NCBI GenBank assembly: GCA_002269645.1
Contig: NIVC01001597.1
Coordinates: forward strand, 186,001-250,000
Origin: Macrostomum lignano
Taxonomy: Eukaryota
DNA: 64,000 nucleotides
Direction: 5' to 3'
The position numbers and the translations under genes are program-made. The first letter of the stretch is position 1. Each line of letters begins with the position of its first letter. The notes under the pieces were generated by a model, which had not been told where the DNA came from, did no database searches, and was given only the letters and a program-made list of their open reading frames with translations. Of this stretch, positions 47,140 to 60,182 are shown in pieces.

Positions 47140-47330
47140 ATTGGTCAATGGGTTCGGGCCTGGCCCCTCATATGAAAGGTTCTCCTCCACATGGAGCACC
47201 AGATCGCTGGTGTGATGAACCACTGCTGGTAGCGTGCGTCTGCGCCGTGGCATGTCAGGTCCGCTGTGACGTCAGCAGACACAGTCAGCATCTCGGTCTT
47301 CAATATGCTGACAACGCTTAAATCCATGCA
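47140..47330 (-). mobile_element. Short RTE-like RT remnant
   Basis: DLSVVSILKTEMLTVSADVTADLTC parallels GLVVNTLKTEVLTVPADIPADLTC at 46400-46470. Confidence 0.65.
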
Positions 47331-48794
47331 CCTCTTTCTGTGCTTTCAACAGACGAGAAAAAGAGGTTGAGGTCGCCAGCGCTTGCCAAACAGGCTCAGG
47401 TGTTTTTTGCCGCTGTGGCGAACGATGCGTCTCCACAACAGATAAAAAAGCACGAAGAAATCTCTCCATTTCAGCATTCGGGGTGTGCCATGAAGCTCAC
47501 AGATGTTCAATTGAAAAGATATTTTTGGTGTAAAGTCTACTCAGATGTTATATTGCAAAATGCTTAATTGGTTTAATTTTAAAAAGATTTTCCTTGCTGT
47601 AGTATGCATTTGATTTTTTTAATTTAGTTTCGTAGAACTGGACGGGGAACCGAAAATCCGGTCATCTGGGCTACATGGTCCATAGCTGCCATTCCGCGGT
47701 TGAATCACAAGAGCAATTTTCTGAGAAACAGGAGTCAAGTTAAACAAAGGCTTACTAGGGAGAACTCCGACTGCCAGAATCGTTAATTCTCTGTTGAGAA
47801 TAATAAACGTTAAAATGGTTGCTGAATTATCAAACTTTGTTCCACTACGAAAATTACTGGTTTACCTGGTGACGACTGGCCCACCACTCGATGTCCGCTT
47901 GAAATGTTGATACGAGTATTATGCCTCTCGAAGTACGACTAATATATCTTTAATTCCTCTTCAAAAAAAGCTATGTTGACTGTTTACTCAATATTATTCG
48001 GTTTCTAAAGCATTGCTTGGAGTGCCCAACTACATATATACTGACTGCTGGCTTATTGGACTGCCCTTCTACATGTATTTGCATGTAGATTTGAACTGTT
48101 TTTAATTATTCAACTATATGTATATCAATGCCTTAAAAACTGAAGCCGTGGTAATCCGGATTGTCAGCGTTACAAGCAATATCGAATACATGTAGCTGAA
48201 GCAGATGGAATATTTTATGAGTTGTACGTGCAGTGTATCTTCTGCAGTATAAATTGTACGTATTGACTTAAAATTAAGATGGAGCCACCCATATCTCACT
48301 TAGAATACATATAGACCGAGATACATATAGGCAGTAAAGTTGATGGCATTGATGTTGTTTAATCCGATTACAATTGGAAAGGCTCGCAAGCAATTGCTGC
48401 TGTGATTGTACATATGTACATTTATTTAAAGAATCTAGGTTTCGAGCTATGTCGATCGTACTGTATTTTTTACTCGTGCATGTATACATGTGCATGTAAG
48501 TTCACGAGAATATTGAATTGGAGATAAAGATCACACTTGCGGACTCAGAGGTGTTAGAGACTTTGATTAATCACTGGTGCAGAATAACTCCATTACTAAT
48601 TTAGACACAGCTATAATAGCATTAAGATACTCGTTGTAGTACCTTTCTGTATGTCTCTCGTTCTTATCTGGAGCTCTTACTGCAGTACATCCCGTTTGCT
48701 AATTTGCCAACTGCGAGCGAGTTGAAAGCAAAAAAATCTAATTTAAAGTAAAGGCGCATGCAGCTATAAGAGTATATGCACGACCGCGAAGGAT

Positions 48795-49140
48795 GTCACT
48801 GTCTCACTACAGCCAGTGCCACCTCAGCAATGTCACAGTCTTATAACAGCAAGTGCCACCTCAGAAATGTCACAGTGTCACTACAGCCAGTGCCACCTCA
48901 GCAATGTCACTATCTCACTACAGCCAGTGCCACCTCAGCAATGTCACAGTGTCACTACAGCCAGTGCCACCTCAGCAATTGTCACAGTGTCACTACAGCC
49001 AGTGCCCTCTTGGCAATGTCACTGTAGTCTCACTACAGCCAGTACCACCTCAGCAATGTCACAGTCTCACTACAGCCAGTGCCACCTCAGCTATGTCACT
49101 GTCTCACTACAGCTAGTGCCACCTCAGCAATGTCACAGTG
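48795..49140. repeat. Minisatellite, ~37-bp unit CACTACAGCCAGTGCCACCTCAGCAATGTCACAGTGT, ~9 copies
   Basis: Tandem copies are visible directly. Confidence 0.9.
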
Positions 49141-50367
49141 TCAAAATAATCAATACTACGTCCTCTAGCACTGCGTCATACCTATATTTCTCGAATACCA
49201 TTTGTAATTGGCTTTCCCGGCGGTGCTGAAGGATTTTTTAAAGTCTGAAGCCTCACTGATGATGGACGGACAGGCAAATTAGGCAAGCAAATCTTTCATT
49301 AAATCAAAGTAAAACTGATTTCGGCAATCATCATAGAATCTGAAATCCTTGAAAATATAAAATTAAAACCGTTTAATTAGGCCATCCAAGCCATACGACA
49401 CAGGTGGCTTAGCTGGTGCAAGTCCACGAAGAAAGTGAAAAGCTTTCCAGGCTCATATCGAAATGTCACGCGATGTTTCACTATCGGGTCTTCCGAACAG
49501 AAAAACCTCCCAACTAATTGCAGATCTGCAGGATTAATTATCTTGTGGAAAAGAATTTGATTGAAGCAAAATTGCAAAGCAAACTCACAAATCATGCGTG
49601 TGCTTAATGAAATCCTGCTGATCAATGTTTTTCTAGGATGTCATGATTTTTCGTTGAAGCCAAATTCAAAGTATAGCATTTCTTTGCGAATTTTCTTGAA
49701 AATTTCACTTTTTCGAGAAAAAAATCCCCATTTATGGCGCAAAAGAAACATTAAGTGTGGTAATTTTTATGCAATATTTCATCGAAGGGCCAAAGCTCAA
49801 GCCGATTGGCTGCAGAGGAGAGAAGAACTGAATGGTATATTCTTCTGCAGTCGAGATGCATGATATTGAACCAAAGCCGTGCATTCGGTAGCATTATTGT
49901 ATTCCAAACGTCGCACCAAAAATAATTTGAGCAACTGCTCACTCAATCGACTGAACTGCGTCGAGAATAGCTTTAGTACAATATTAGGTTGGTTTGATTA
50001 AGCTGCAGAACCTGAACGACAACAAAGGACTGCAGATTGAGTTTGTTCCAAAATGAAATTAATTTTTGTTTTTTTATTGAAGTGATAATAAAAAGAGCTT
50101 GAGGCTTCTAGCAAAGCTCACACTTGATTTGCTGCCCTCACGGGAATTGCGATTGCAGAAATCTGCTCTCAATCTCCTCTCCTCTTGAGCCAGCCAATCA
50201 AACTGCTGCGCGCTAAAGCCAGTGGAAATTTCCTGATGAGAGAAAGGTAAAAAAGCGAGACAGACAGAGCCTGTCTGCAATCCCGCTGCAATTGAAAATT
50301 GGAATTCCGGAAACTCACTTCGGACTCATCGAACTCTATAAGAAGGTCTCAACAACCTACAACTCAA

Positions 50368-51591
50368 ATGGAAGGCAACAACAGCTCCAACGGAACTTTG
50401 CCCTTGGCCCAGATCCTGCTAGTTGTAGAAAGAAACTGTCAAAAATCCTCTGTCGATGGTAATTTGTCCGACGCTGTCGCTGGCTTGTCAGCCCCTGCGA
50501 ATGGCAGCTCAGGTGCTGATCAGATGCCAGACTTGTCAAGCACCGAGTTCTACTTGTTGCTCTTGATGTCCCTTGCAGCCGTCAACGTAGTGACTAACAT
50601 AGCCTGCGTCTTTGTGGTACAAAAGCTTCTCAGCAGATGCTTCATTACTGGCCTGCTAGTGTTCCTGTCCGTAGCTGAGGTAGCGTTCAACGCCACCCAA
50701 CTGGTCTATCAGCTGCTGATCTGGTGGTACGGACTTCGGCAAAGCAGGTTCAGCTCGGTAGGCCGTGGCTTAGCCATCGGCTGGGCGTTCTGGACTGCCA
50801 TGCTGGCCAGCCAGGCGGCCCTGATGCTGCGCAACTGGGCGGTAGTTCTCATTTCGTGCGCCAGATTTGAACGCTTATACTTCCCGTATCGCCCAGTGAA
50901 GTACGCAACCAAACGACGCCTGACACCCGCTGTTGCGGCCCTGATGCTGCTCTGCGTCGGCTGCAGCCTCACTAAGGCAATGCGCTACAACCTGGTCATC
51001 TGCTCCGACTTGCTCACGGTCAGTCAGGAGGCAACTTGGCTATACGAGTCCCGAGCGCGCAAAAGCTTCTTTATTTTGTCGAGCTACGTCATGTCCACGC
51101 TGGGGCCAGTGATTCTGGTCACGGCTCTCAACGGGCTCATTATCTGCGCTCTTAGCCGGCAGCGAAGGCGACTGCAGCGGCATCAGCAGGGAAATGCCAA
51201 CACCGCGGCGACTGCTCGTCCGGCAGCGGCACCAGCTGCTGGCGGTGGCGGCAGCGCGGTGAACAAGTCTGTGGACCGGCTCCTGATGCTGCTGGTGTCC
51301 AGTTTTGTCCTGTGCGAACTGCCCGCGTTTGCCGCCGGCCTGCTGGACGGCACTCTGTCGGCTGGCGCGGCGCATCATCTCATCCACGTGGCTCACCTGG
51401 CTACGGCTTTGGACTCAACACTGAACGTGCTATTTTACGTTCTGTCGCAGAAGCCGGGAAAGCTGACTGCCTGTCTGCGGAGGGTGTGCGGCGCCTGCTC
51501 GCAGCAGGGGGCCGCAGCCGTCGGGTCACCTGGCATCGGCGCGGCAAAGGAGATCGAAGCGATTCCTCTGCGTGCGACTGCTGACAATTGA
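50368..51591 (+). CDS. Class A (rhodopsin-like) GPCR, invertebrate peptide/orphan receptor type, single exon
   Basis: Seven hydrophobic segments and N-terminal NxS/T sequons (GNNSS, NGT, NLS, NGS). TM1 N (VNVVTNIA), TM2 FLSVAE, TM3-end ARFERL, TM5 LGPVILVTALN, TM6 FVLCELP, TM7 DSTLNVLFY. First ATG is at 50368; the track's TTG start at 50299 is unlikely. Confidence 0.88.
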   Translation: MEGNNSSNGTLPLAQILLVVERNCQKSSVDGNLSDAVAGLSAPANGSSGADQMPDLSSTEFYLLLLMSLAAVNVVTNIACVFVVQKLLSRCFITGLLVFLSVAEVAFNATQLVYQLLIWWYGLRQSRFSSVGRGLAIGWAFWTAMLASQAALMLRNWAVVLISCARFERLYFPYRPVKYATKRRLTPAVAALMLLCVGCSLTKAMRYNLVICSDLLTVSQEATWLYESRARKSFFILSSYVMSTLGPVILVTALNGLIICALSRQRRRLQRHQQGNANTAATARPAAAPAAGGGGSAVNKSVDRLLMLLVSSFVLCELPAFAAGLLDGTLSAGAAHHLIHVAHLATALDSTLNVLFYVLSQKPGKLTACLRRVCGACSQQGAAAVGSPGIGAAKEIEAIPLRATADN

Positions 51592-52434
51592 CTTTGCATA
51601 ACTACCAGCTTCTATGCGATTCTCTGCTTAGTTTTGCACTTTAATCAAAAATATACACAGCTTTGATGTCGATAGTATGCCGTCAACTCGGACTCTCGAT
51701 ATAAAGTCCAGTGAGCACGACTCTCCACTTGCCGATTGCAATACTTTCAATATTGGGATTAAGTTAGCAGTGCAGCGCCGCATGATGAAGGGAGAAATGA
51801 AATTTCTGAAGATTACGTACTCAGTGGATGAGATCAGCACCGGCTTATCTGTGGAATTAGGCTTGGCAATGGAAACGGAAAAATGATTGTGAAAGCCTGA
51901 AAAAAATTAGACGATGCGAACGATTTGGAAGTGGCTTCACTTCCTATTCACGTACGCCTCACCTGGCTGAGGACAGAAGGCTTATGAGAGGCACTTCCTC
52001 CTGTATCATAAAGCGATAATCTCGGAGCATTAAGAATGTGAAGCTTCTAATTCCTGGAAAATCCCCTTTTAGTAGAGGAAATCAGAATCGAAATAAACTA
52101 TAGTACTCCCGTAGTCATTTTTCAGCATTCTTTTCGTTTCGTAGAGTTCGAATTTTTTTCGGCTAGCTAATTTCAACGCTTAAATAGATTTCGGTCAGTT
52201 AGTATCTGTTATAAAAGTTGACAACGACCTCGCATTAAAGGTTAAAAAAGGTCATTTATTTCTCTAAATTTGGTGATCACACTCTTCTATAGTCTTCCGT
52301 AGTCAGCAGCCAGCACCCACTTTCTCAGACATTCCTCTAAGCAGCTGACATATACAACCCCTAAACCATGCACGCTCTCATACTGCCCCACGAGTTCAAC
52401 AACGGTTGGCGGTCATGATGAATGAGCGTAAGGA

Positions 52435-52715
52435 TGGTTACCTGTTGATAAAGTTACCTGTCGAAGAGGGTTACCTATTGAAGAGGGTTACCTGTCGAAG
52501 AGGGTTACCTGTTGAAGAGGGTTACCTGTCGAAGAGGGTTACCTGTTGAAGAGGGTTACCTGTCGAAGAGGGTTACCTGTCGAAGAGGGTTACCTGTTGA
52601 AGAGGGTTACCTGTTGAAGAGGGTTACCTGTTGAGCAGGATTAACTGTTGAATAGGGTTACTTGTTGAGGAGAGAGTTACCTGTTGAGCGGGTTACCTGT
52701 TTAAAGGATTACCTG
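52435..52715. repeat. Minisatellite, 17-bp unit AGGGTTACCTGT(C/T)GAAG, ~15 copies
   Basis: Tandem array, degenerate at both ends. Confidence 0.9.
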
Positions 52716-53239
52716 TTACTACGTAGATCGGGTTTATCATGGTCTTTCCAGTTCTCTCGACCAACGTGCACTAGCACGCACCACAACCACCTGGGAGTCC
52801 CAGAGGCAGAGAATTAATTACTGGTCCCAGACGCCTCCCTTCCGTCTGCTTGTCGTGCGTGCGTCGCCCGCGGATGGAAGAAATTGATTGAGCCTCTTCT
52901 CCAGGACAAGCAGGTTGAGTTTATTTTAGTCGATTTTTTTCTCATTAAAAAGAAGTCGAGTCTTTTGAATTCTTCAACTATCTGACGATGAGAAGTGGAC
53001 TGGTGATGAAGTGAAATAACTACTCTAATAGAAGTCAGTCGAATTGGCTAAGCGTCAGGTTAGTTGACTAATTTATATTCCATTTTTGCGAGAATTTGCA
53101 CATCGTTAAGCCCGACAGCTCATGCACGCAAGGAGCCTGTTTTGCTCTGCCCTTGTTGAGTCCTCGACGGAATGAGGCCGAGGCAGACCATGCAATTTGG
53201 AGACTTATAATTCAGATAAGTGGCTATAAAATTGGGAAA

Positions 53240-53365
53240 TTAGGGAATTGAAAAGATTGGCGCACGTGCCTGCGTTTCTTTGTTCCGGCGCAGCAAAAAC
53301 TGTCAGGCGGAATTCCCCTTGGTAGTTCGATGGGCGGTAAAATGGCTAGGTATTGCTACTGTTAC
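53240..53365. repeat. Dispersed repeat; inverted homolog of ~8125-8255
   Basis: gttccggcgcagcaaaaa.tgtcagg..gaattcccc..ttggtagttcga.gggcgg.aaaatggct vs its reverse complement at 8140-8215. Confidence 0.7.
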
Positions 53366-55188
53366 AATTCGTGTTCCTACTTTCAAAGTACATTCCCCTT
53401 TTTGTTGACAAGTATTCAAAATGATAATGGTCGACCGTCTGTATACGGAAGATGGCCCCAAGAAATCTTATTTTTTCGTTTTAAATGTTGACCTTCAAAG
53501 GAAGTTTTGAACCATAGACATTTCTAACAATGACATCTCAGCGTACTCAAGTTTTGGAGCGGATCAGATCGAAGTCTGCTCAGGAAAGCGTACATGACAA
53601 AGCTCTTGTGGCAGTAGTTGCCAAAATGACTGAGTCCATGCAAGGAAGCATGCACGGAATGCACGAAAGGGTTAAACGATAACCCTAACCCTAACTCGAA
53701 CGTTAAGGTGGCATCGATAATGTTTGAGAGTTCTGAAAGTTCGACGCAGTTAGCTTGAGCGAGAGCTGCTGAGTCGCATGCAATGCCCTAGAGGACATTC
53801 TGTTTCTCAAACTTAGCAGATCTTGTCTCTGTGCCATTCTTAGTAGATCTTCTCAATCTGCTCTTGCAGGATCCACAGTGTTCTTGCAGGATCCACAGTG
53901 TTCTAGCTTTATTGTTTTTTTATTTTATGGCGAAATGGGACAATAAATTCAATAAAATACGCGATACGAAGCAATAAAAAGATTTAAAAGTTAAGATCTT
54001 GTACGATATAGCAAGTCGCCCAGATCTGGTGAGTTTACCTACATGTAAGTATTATCATAGCGAAGATCTTGCACGTTCTTGCAAGTACTTGCGCAGCAAC
54101 CCAAGAAGATAGATAAGATCTGTTAAGAATCAACAAATGAATGTCTTCTAGGGTGGTGGGCTCAGCACGCCTGTGTAGTATGAGACAGACCAGGCTTACG
54201 AGCTAAGGTCTGCGATCCTACACACCTGCACCCCTCTCTATTCTGGTGCAGGAATGGCAGGAGAACTCTCTCCAAGCTGACTTACAAGTCGACTCAGGGG
54301 TTCACGCCCCGCATGTGTTCAAGGCAGCTCTAGGGCTGCTGGACTGACTGGGCTCCGGCGGCGGCAACCCATCCGTGGCCTTTGGCCAAATTGGGTACGG
54401 GCTCCGCCCGGAAGTGAACCTGTGCGTATCAGGTACCTCTGGCCACGGCTCTGAGGAACAAGTATCACCCTCTGACCTTAACAGGGTATGCGGCCAGTCT
54501 GCAGGCTCCGGGGACAGCCTCTTGTCCCCCTCAAGGGCCCAGTGTAGCACGAGGCCTACTGGTTTCTCCAAGCCGGGCTCTTAATTAGCCAGGGAGTTTC
54601 TTGGTTGCTAGCGGTCGGGCCGGTAAGGGCTTAAGCCACCCTAGTTGCTACCTCTTGGCCTGGCTGTTGAGTTTGGGGTTTGGGCCCAGCGGCTTCTCAC
54701 CTCTAGTCCCCATTCGCCTTTCAGCGACTCATGTGGTCCCCAGGGGGTAGCGAAATGGGCGGCAACGCCTCCTCGCTGTTTCCGGACGCATGGAGCCCCC
54801 TGCAGCTGAGTCAAGTAAGTCAGAGCTGCTGAGTCAGTTTGCTTGCTCACCCTGCTTGCTCTCAGTCGGCTTAAGCATGGATTATGTTAATCTGATTTCA
54901 TCTCTCTAAAAGCATCAACACTTTAGGTTTGAGAACTAGGTGGCTTAGGTCATGTAACCAGTCTAAATAGAAGTCATCAATGATTCTGGACAGCCAACAG
55001 GCGAGACTTTGCAACCGATTCGTACAGAAAATTCAGGATGTCAATGATATGCAATATAATACAGTAAACCTGCTTGTCATGCTTGGACTTTAAATAGCGA
55101 AATCACTCTAATTTTTCTATTTTCTGTCTAAATGTCCGGTGCACGTGGCGAACGAAAGTGCTGAGATAGATGACATTACAGCTAAAGA

Positions 55189-55483
55189 GGGTTGTAGCCT
55201 AAGTAGTTAGAGCGTCAGACTCACGACTGAAAGGTCGGGGGTTCGATTCTCGATCCACTCGGAACAATTTGTGTCCTTGAGCAAGACACTTAACTCTGCA
55301 TTGCTTCAGTTCACCCAGCTGTAAAATGGGTACATTTGAGGGTGTATGGCGACCCCCCAGTCCTTGGACTGAACAGCCGTACGCAGCCTTCAGATGCGCC
55401 GCGCAATAGCTGCGGCTGAGCTGTCGGTTGCACATCTGCCCACTAGGGCAAGGTGCAATATATTAATATTATTATTATTATTA

Positions 55484-55527
<44 letters not shown>
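55189..55527 (+). mobile_element. tRNA-derived SINE with (ATT)n tail
   Basis: A box TAGCCTAAGTAGTTAG, B box GGTTCGATTC, central GTGTCCTTGAGCAAGACACTTAAC...GTTCACCCAGCTGTAAAATGGGTAC, (ATT)~20 at 55465-55527. Second copy at 26340-26535. Confidence 0.82.
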
Positions 55528-55529
<2 letters not shown>

Positions 55530-57039
55530 TGTTATAGGGCTGTTTATTATTAAGAAAATCCCACCGCTGTTACCATATTTGTTACAGGGGTCGGGGAGTT
55601 TATGTTTAAGAATCTCACTGCTGCAACCAAATCTGTGATAGGGTTAACTTTCGCCTGTGGTTTAATCACAACGCTGCTACCAAAATCTGTTACAGGGGTC
55701 TTGGGGAAGGGATGTCTACCAAATCTGTCGTGGGGGGGAATTTATGGGATTCTTGGGATTTCTGAAAGATATGCTAGTTTTATTACTAATAGGAGTAAGC
55801 CAATGGTTGCTCCTGGTGGCGTGAGTGTCCGAGCGGCAAGACACTGTCTATATATCTCTATTCAGTCCGAGTATTTAGAAGGGGGGGGGAGTAAGGGCTT
55901 CGCGGTGGACTTGAGTTGCCTGAGGAAATTAGCGCATTGGGGAACTCTAATATTCAGCGGGGAATGCCTGGCATCAGGGGGTATCCAGATGGGGAATTAA
56001 GAAGGCAATATACCTAATCCAGGAATGAAGGGAGGCTAGGATTTTAGCCTTAGTAAGGAGGCAATATGCCTGATGCGGGAAGTAGATAGATAACTTAGGC
56101 AATAGGCCTAGTGGGATAAGGAGGCAATATGCCTGATGTGGGAGTTAAAGCCAGAGCAAACAGGGAGTCTGGTTGGGGAGTTGGCTGATCACCGGATCAA
56201 CTGAGGGGTCTGGGAGTAGGGAGAGGCTGTACGCCTATTCAGCTTGGGAGGAAGGGGGGGTTGCAATTCGCCAGAAAGGGAAGGGGTTGTACGCTCTCGA
56301 GAGAGGAGTATAGGGGTAAAGGGGTGACTGTTTGTCTTTAAAGAACCGAGTCTGACTCAATAGCTATTTTTAGAACAAGGCGGCACTAAGGCCTAATAGC
56401 TAGAAGGCGGTAAGTCAGATCGCCAGGACGCAGGCAAGTTGCTCCTCTATCCATATATTTAGCTCCTTTATATAGCAAAAATAATAAGAATGGCGGACAA
56501 TTATAAACAAATATTACGTCTCGAAATGGTTAAAAGATTGTAAGTTAGCAAAATAAGAACTTATTAGCGCAAATATATATATATTCAGCATCATACTATA
56601 TTTAGAACTATTTTAAAGAATATTTCAAACGTTAGAAACGAGCTATAGAAGGAATAGGCAGAATATATAAACTTTATTGAGGCACACAGAACATACTAAA
56701 CAAATCAACTGTCTCACTATATTAAGCTAAAACTGGCTGATCACTCTGGATACTTCCTTAGGCGTCATTAAATTTCGTAATTATTAAATAGCGTTGAGAC
56801 TCGATGCGATTGATACACATACATTTTGGTGCTGCCTATCGAATGAAGAGGCTGTGATCCTCTTAGTTCTTCATTTCACGATTGCTACTTCAGGCACCAA
56901 TACGAGTACTATGTACAGATAAAGCAGAAGGGTGCTACAGTCGCAAATTATGGACAGCTAAAGTAGAAGCAAGCTACACTAGATTTTCTAGAAACGAGTT
57001 GGAGACCGATAAGGAACGGGAGCGTGTATCTGCCGTATC

Positions 57040-57435
57040 ACTTATGTATTTGGTATTGGCCATATACTACAGAAACGTATTTATTTGGCTTGGTCATATA
57101 CTACAGAAACGTATTTATTTGGCTTGGTCATAGACTACAGAAACCTATTTATTCGGCCTGGTCAAAGACTACAGAAACGCTATTTTTGGACTGGCCATAA
57201 ACTACAGAAACGTATTTATTATGCCTGGCCATAGACTACAGAAACGTATTTATTATGCCTGGCCATAGACTACAGAAACGCATTTATTATGCCTGGCCAT
57301 AGACTACAGAAACTTATTTATTATGCCTGGGCAGCCTGGCCATAGACAAGCGTAGTTATTTAGAGTTTTACGAGCTATTGCACCAGGCCAAATAGATACG
57401 TTTTGTCGTCTATGGCCAGGCATAATAAATACGCT
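57040..57435. repeat. ~33-41-bp tandem repeat GGCCATAGACTACAGAAACGTATTTATT... with an inverted copy at 57380-57435
   Basis: Eight or so direct copies, then gtctatggccaggcataataaatacgc, the reverse complement of the unit. Confidence 0.8.
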
Positions 57436-58330
57436 TATTATGTATATTATACATATTTTCTCAACTCGTAAACAAATTTTGCAAAGATTCCCACAAAACT
57501 CGCGTCTCTACTGTATCCAGGAATGTTCGGGGTGTCGTGTCCCCGTCTTCTTAGAGAATGAGGAGGACACAAATGATCTCGTACGGTTGCTTTGGCTTTG
57601 GATTCGTATCCCAGTAGGACACGTAGGCTATAATTTCCCTGGCTAGGATAAAATTACCTTTCCACTTCATCTGACCAGAGTGGTAATTAAAGATTCGCAT
57701 GCTGTCCTCTTTTACGATAGCAGCTTTCATTAATGCGAGGATCTGAGCAGCCCACTGAGGCAAATAGCAGCAATCTTTGATTATGGTTATGCAGGATGAG
57801 CTAGTAGTTAAGTTCTTGTCTGCTGATGGTGCCAACAACAGAGACAGAAAGAAAAGTTATGGCAGCCAGAGGATCAAAGAGGGTCGCAGGTGGTACAGTT
57901 CGCCTTTTGCAGCTCAGTTTGAACTGCTCTGCTTTTGTCAAAAACTCTGTCTAATAATTAGTTACATTGGAGAGTTGGCAAAATGTGTGTACATGTAGAT
58001 GCCTGACGATTAGAAACTCGTTGTCTCAGTAAGGTTAAAGTAATATTTCATTCTTACTTAGTTTAAGTGCAATTGAAAACACGAAATTTGAATCTTCGCG
58101 CCACTATACATTGATGTCCTTCAATCGTCGTGTTTCATTGATTTCGAATTTTTCCATTTATTAGAAGATTAAATTAATTTGTGCTATAATATACACTTAG
58201 CAACGTCTGCAGAGACGTCTGGTTTCATATCTGCAGAGACTTTGATGGCCTCTCGTATTCGAGAAAAATTGACATGAACAAAAATGCTTGCTATGAATCT
58301 CTTGCTTCTAGAAATAACAAAAGGACACAA

Positions 58331-59428
58331 TAGCAAGCATCCCCAGATAGCAAGCATCCCCAGATAGCAAGCATCCCCAGATAGCAAGCATCCTGCAGAT
58401 AGCAAGCATCCCCAGATAGCAAGCATCCTGCAGATAGCAAGCATCCCCAGATAGCAAGCATCCTGCAGATAGCAAGCATCCCCAGATAGCAAGCATCCCC
58501 AGATAGCAAGCATCCACCCAGACAGCAAGCATCCTGCAGATAGCAAGCATCCCCAGATAGCAAGCATCCACCCAGACAGCAAGCATCCTGCAGATAGCAA
58601 GCATCCCCAGATAGCAAGCATCCACCCGGACAGCAAGCATCCTGCAGATAGCAAGCATCCCCAGATAGCAAGCATCCCCAGATAGCAAGCATCCCCAGAT
58701 AGCAAGCATCCCCAGATAGCAAGCATCCCCAGATAGCAAGCATCCTGCAGATAGTAAGCATCCTGCAGATAGCAAGCATCCTGCAGATAGTAAGCATCCT
58801 GCAGATAGCAAGCATCCTGCAGATAGTAAGCATCCTGCAGATAGCAAGCATCCTGCAGATAGTAAGCATCCTGCAGATAGCAAGCATCCCCAGATAGCAA
58901 GCATCCTGCAGATAGCAAGCATCCTGCAGATAGTAAGCATCCTGCAGATAGTAAGCATCCTGCAGATAGCAAGCATCCCCAGATAGCAAGCATCCCCAGA
59001 TAGCAAGCATCCTGCAGATAGTAAGCATCCTGCAGATAGTAAGCATCCTGCAGATAGTAAGCATCCTGCAGATAGCAAGCATCCTGCAGATAGTAAGCAT
59101 CCTGCAGATAGCAAGCATCCCCAGATAGCAAGCATCCTGCAGATAGCAAGCATCCCCAGATAGCAAGCATCCTGCAGATAGCAAGCATCCTGCAGATAGC
59201 AAGCATCCTGCAGATAGCAAGCATCCTGCAGATAGTAAGCATCCTGCAGATAGCAAGCATCCTGCAGATAGCAAGCATCCTGCAGATAGCAAGCATCCTG
59301 CAGATAGCAAGCATCCTGCAGATAGCAAGCATCCTGCAGATAGCAAGCATCCTGCAGATAGCAAGCATCCTGCAGATAGCAAGCATCCTGCAGATAGCAA
59401 GCATCCTGCAGATAGCAAGCATCCCCAG
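58331..59428. repeat. Satellite of mixed 17/18-bp units GATAGCAAGCATCCCCA / GATAG(C/T)AAGCATCCTGCA, ~60 copies
   Basis: Tandem array. It explains the 412/375/442-aa periodic ORFs in all three minus frames. Confidence 0.96.
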
Positions 59429-59586
59429 ATTCCTTCAGTTCCTCTTGACGCTGTCTCTTTATTCTTTTGTCTGACGGTATTTTAGTGATTTTTATTTGCA
59501 GCGCCAGCAGAGGTTTAAGTCTTGGGATTGCGGGAGACTCGGAATTTCGATCAGAGATGCCAAAGTAAAATGGCAAAATACTACAA

Positions 59587-60135
59587 TAGGGGTCAGCAAA
59601 GTCCAGTCTGAGGGCCAAATGTGGCCGCAAAACCACTCTATCCGGCCCTTGGGTCCTTGGAATCTTCAGAATAGCAATCCGGCCCGCTCGATGTTTGTGT
59701 CTCTTCTCAGCTCTCTTCCCTCACCTCTCTCTTCTCATATTCTCCTGTCCTCTCCTCTCATCTCATCTCCTCTCATCTCATCTCCTCTCATCTCCTCACC
59801 TCTCTCCTCTCCTCTCATCTCCTCACCTCTCTCCTCTCCTCTCATCTCCCCTTTCCTCTCCATTCTCTTCTCCCTTCCCACCTCTCTCCTCTCCTTTCTC
59901 CTCTCCTATTTTATCTCTCTTCACGTCTACTCTCTTCTCCTTTATTCCTTTGCCTCTCCTTTCTCCTGCGCTCGTATTTCTCTTCTCTATTCCCTATCCT
60001 CTCTTCCTATAGCCCGCAATCATCAGGGACTCCCGGGCGCGCGTTTCGCTTAGAGGCCCAGCGAAGCGGGCCCAGAAGGGCAACCATGCGCTGTTCTCAA
60101 TCTGGCCCTTGAGGTAAAAAGTTTGCTGACCCCTG
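59587..60135. mobile_element. hAT-like MITE with internal (CTCTC)n tract
   Basis: TIR aggggtcagcaaa / tttgctgacccctg, with the typical subterminal ggccaaatgtggccc-like motif. TSD only partly matching. Confidence 0.65.
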
Positions 60136-60182
60136 CACTAAAAGCACTAGGCTTAGGCACGTTCGATAAAAACTGTTAGTGC

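Noticed and set aside
54150-54900. GC-rich segment resembling a retroelement 5' region with ORFs of 62-89 aa
   Set aside because: No recognisable domain, terminal repeat or TSD, so it cannot be classified from sequence alone.
58184-59636. ORFs of 412, 375 and 442 aa
   Set aside because: These are translations of the 17/18-bp satellite in all three minus frames.
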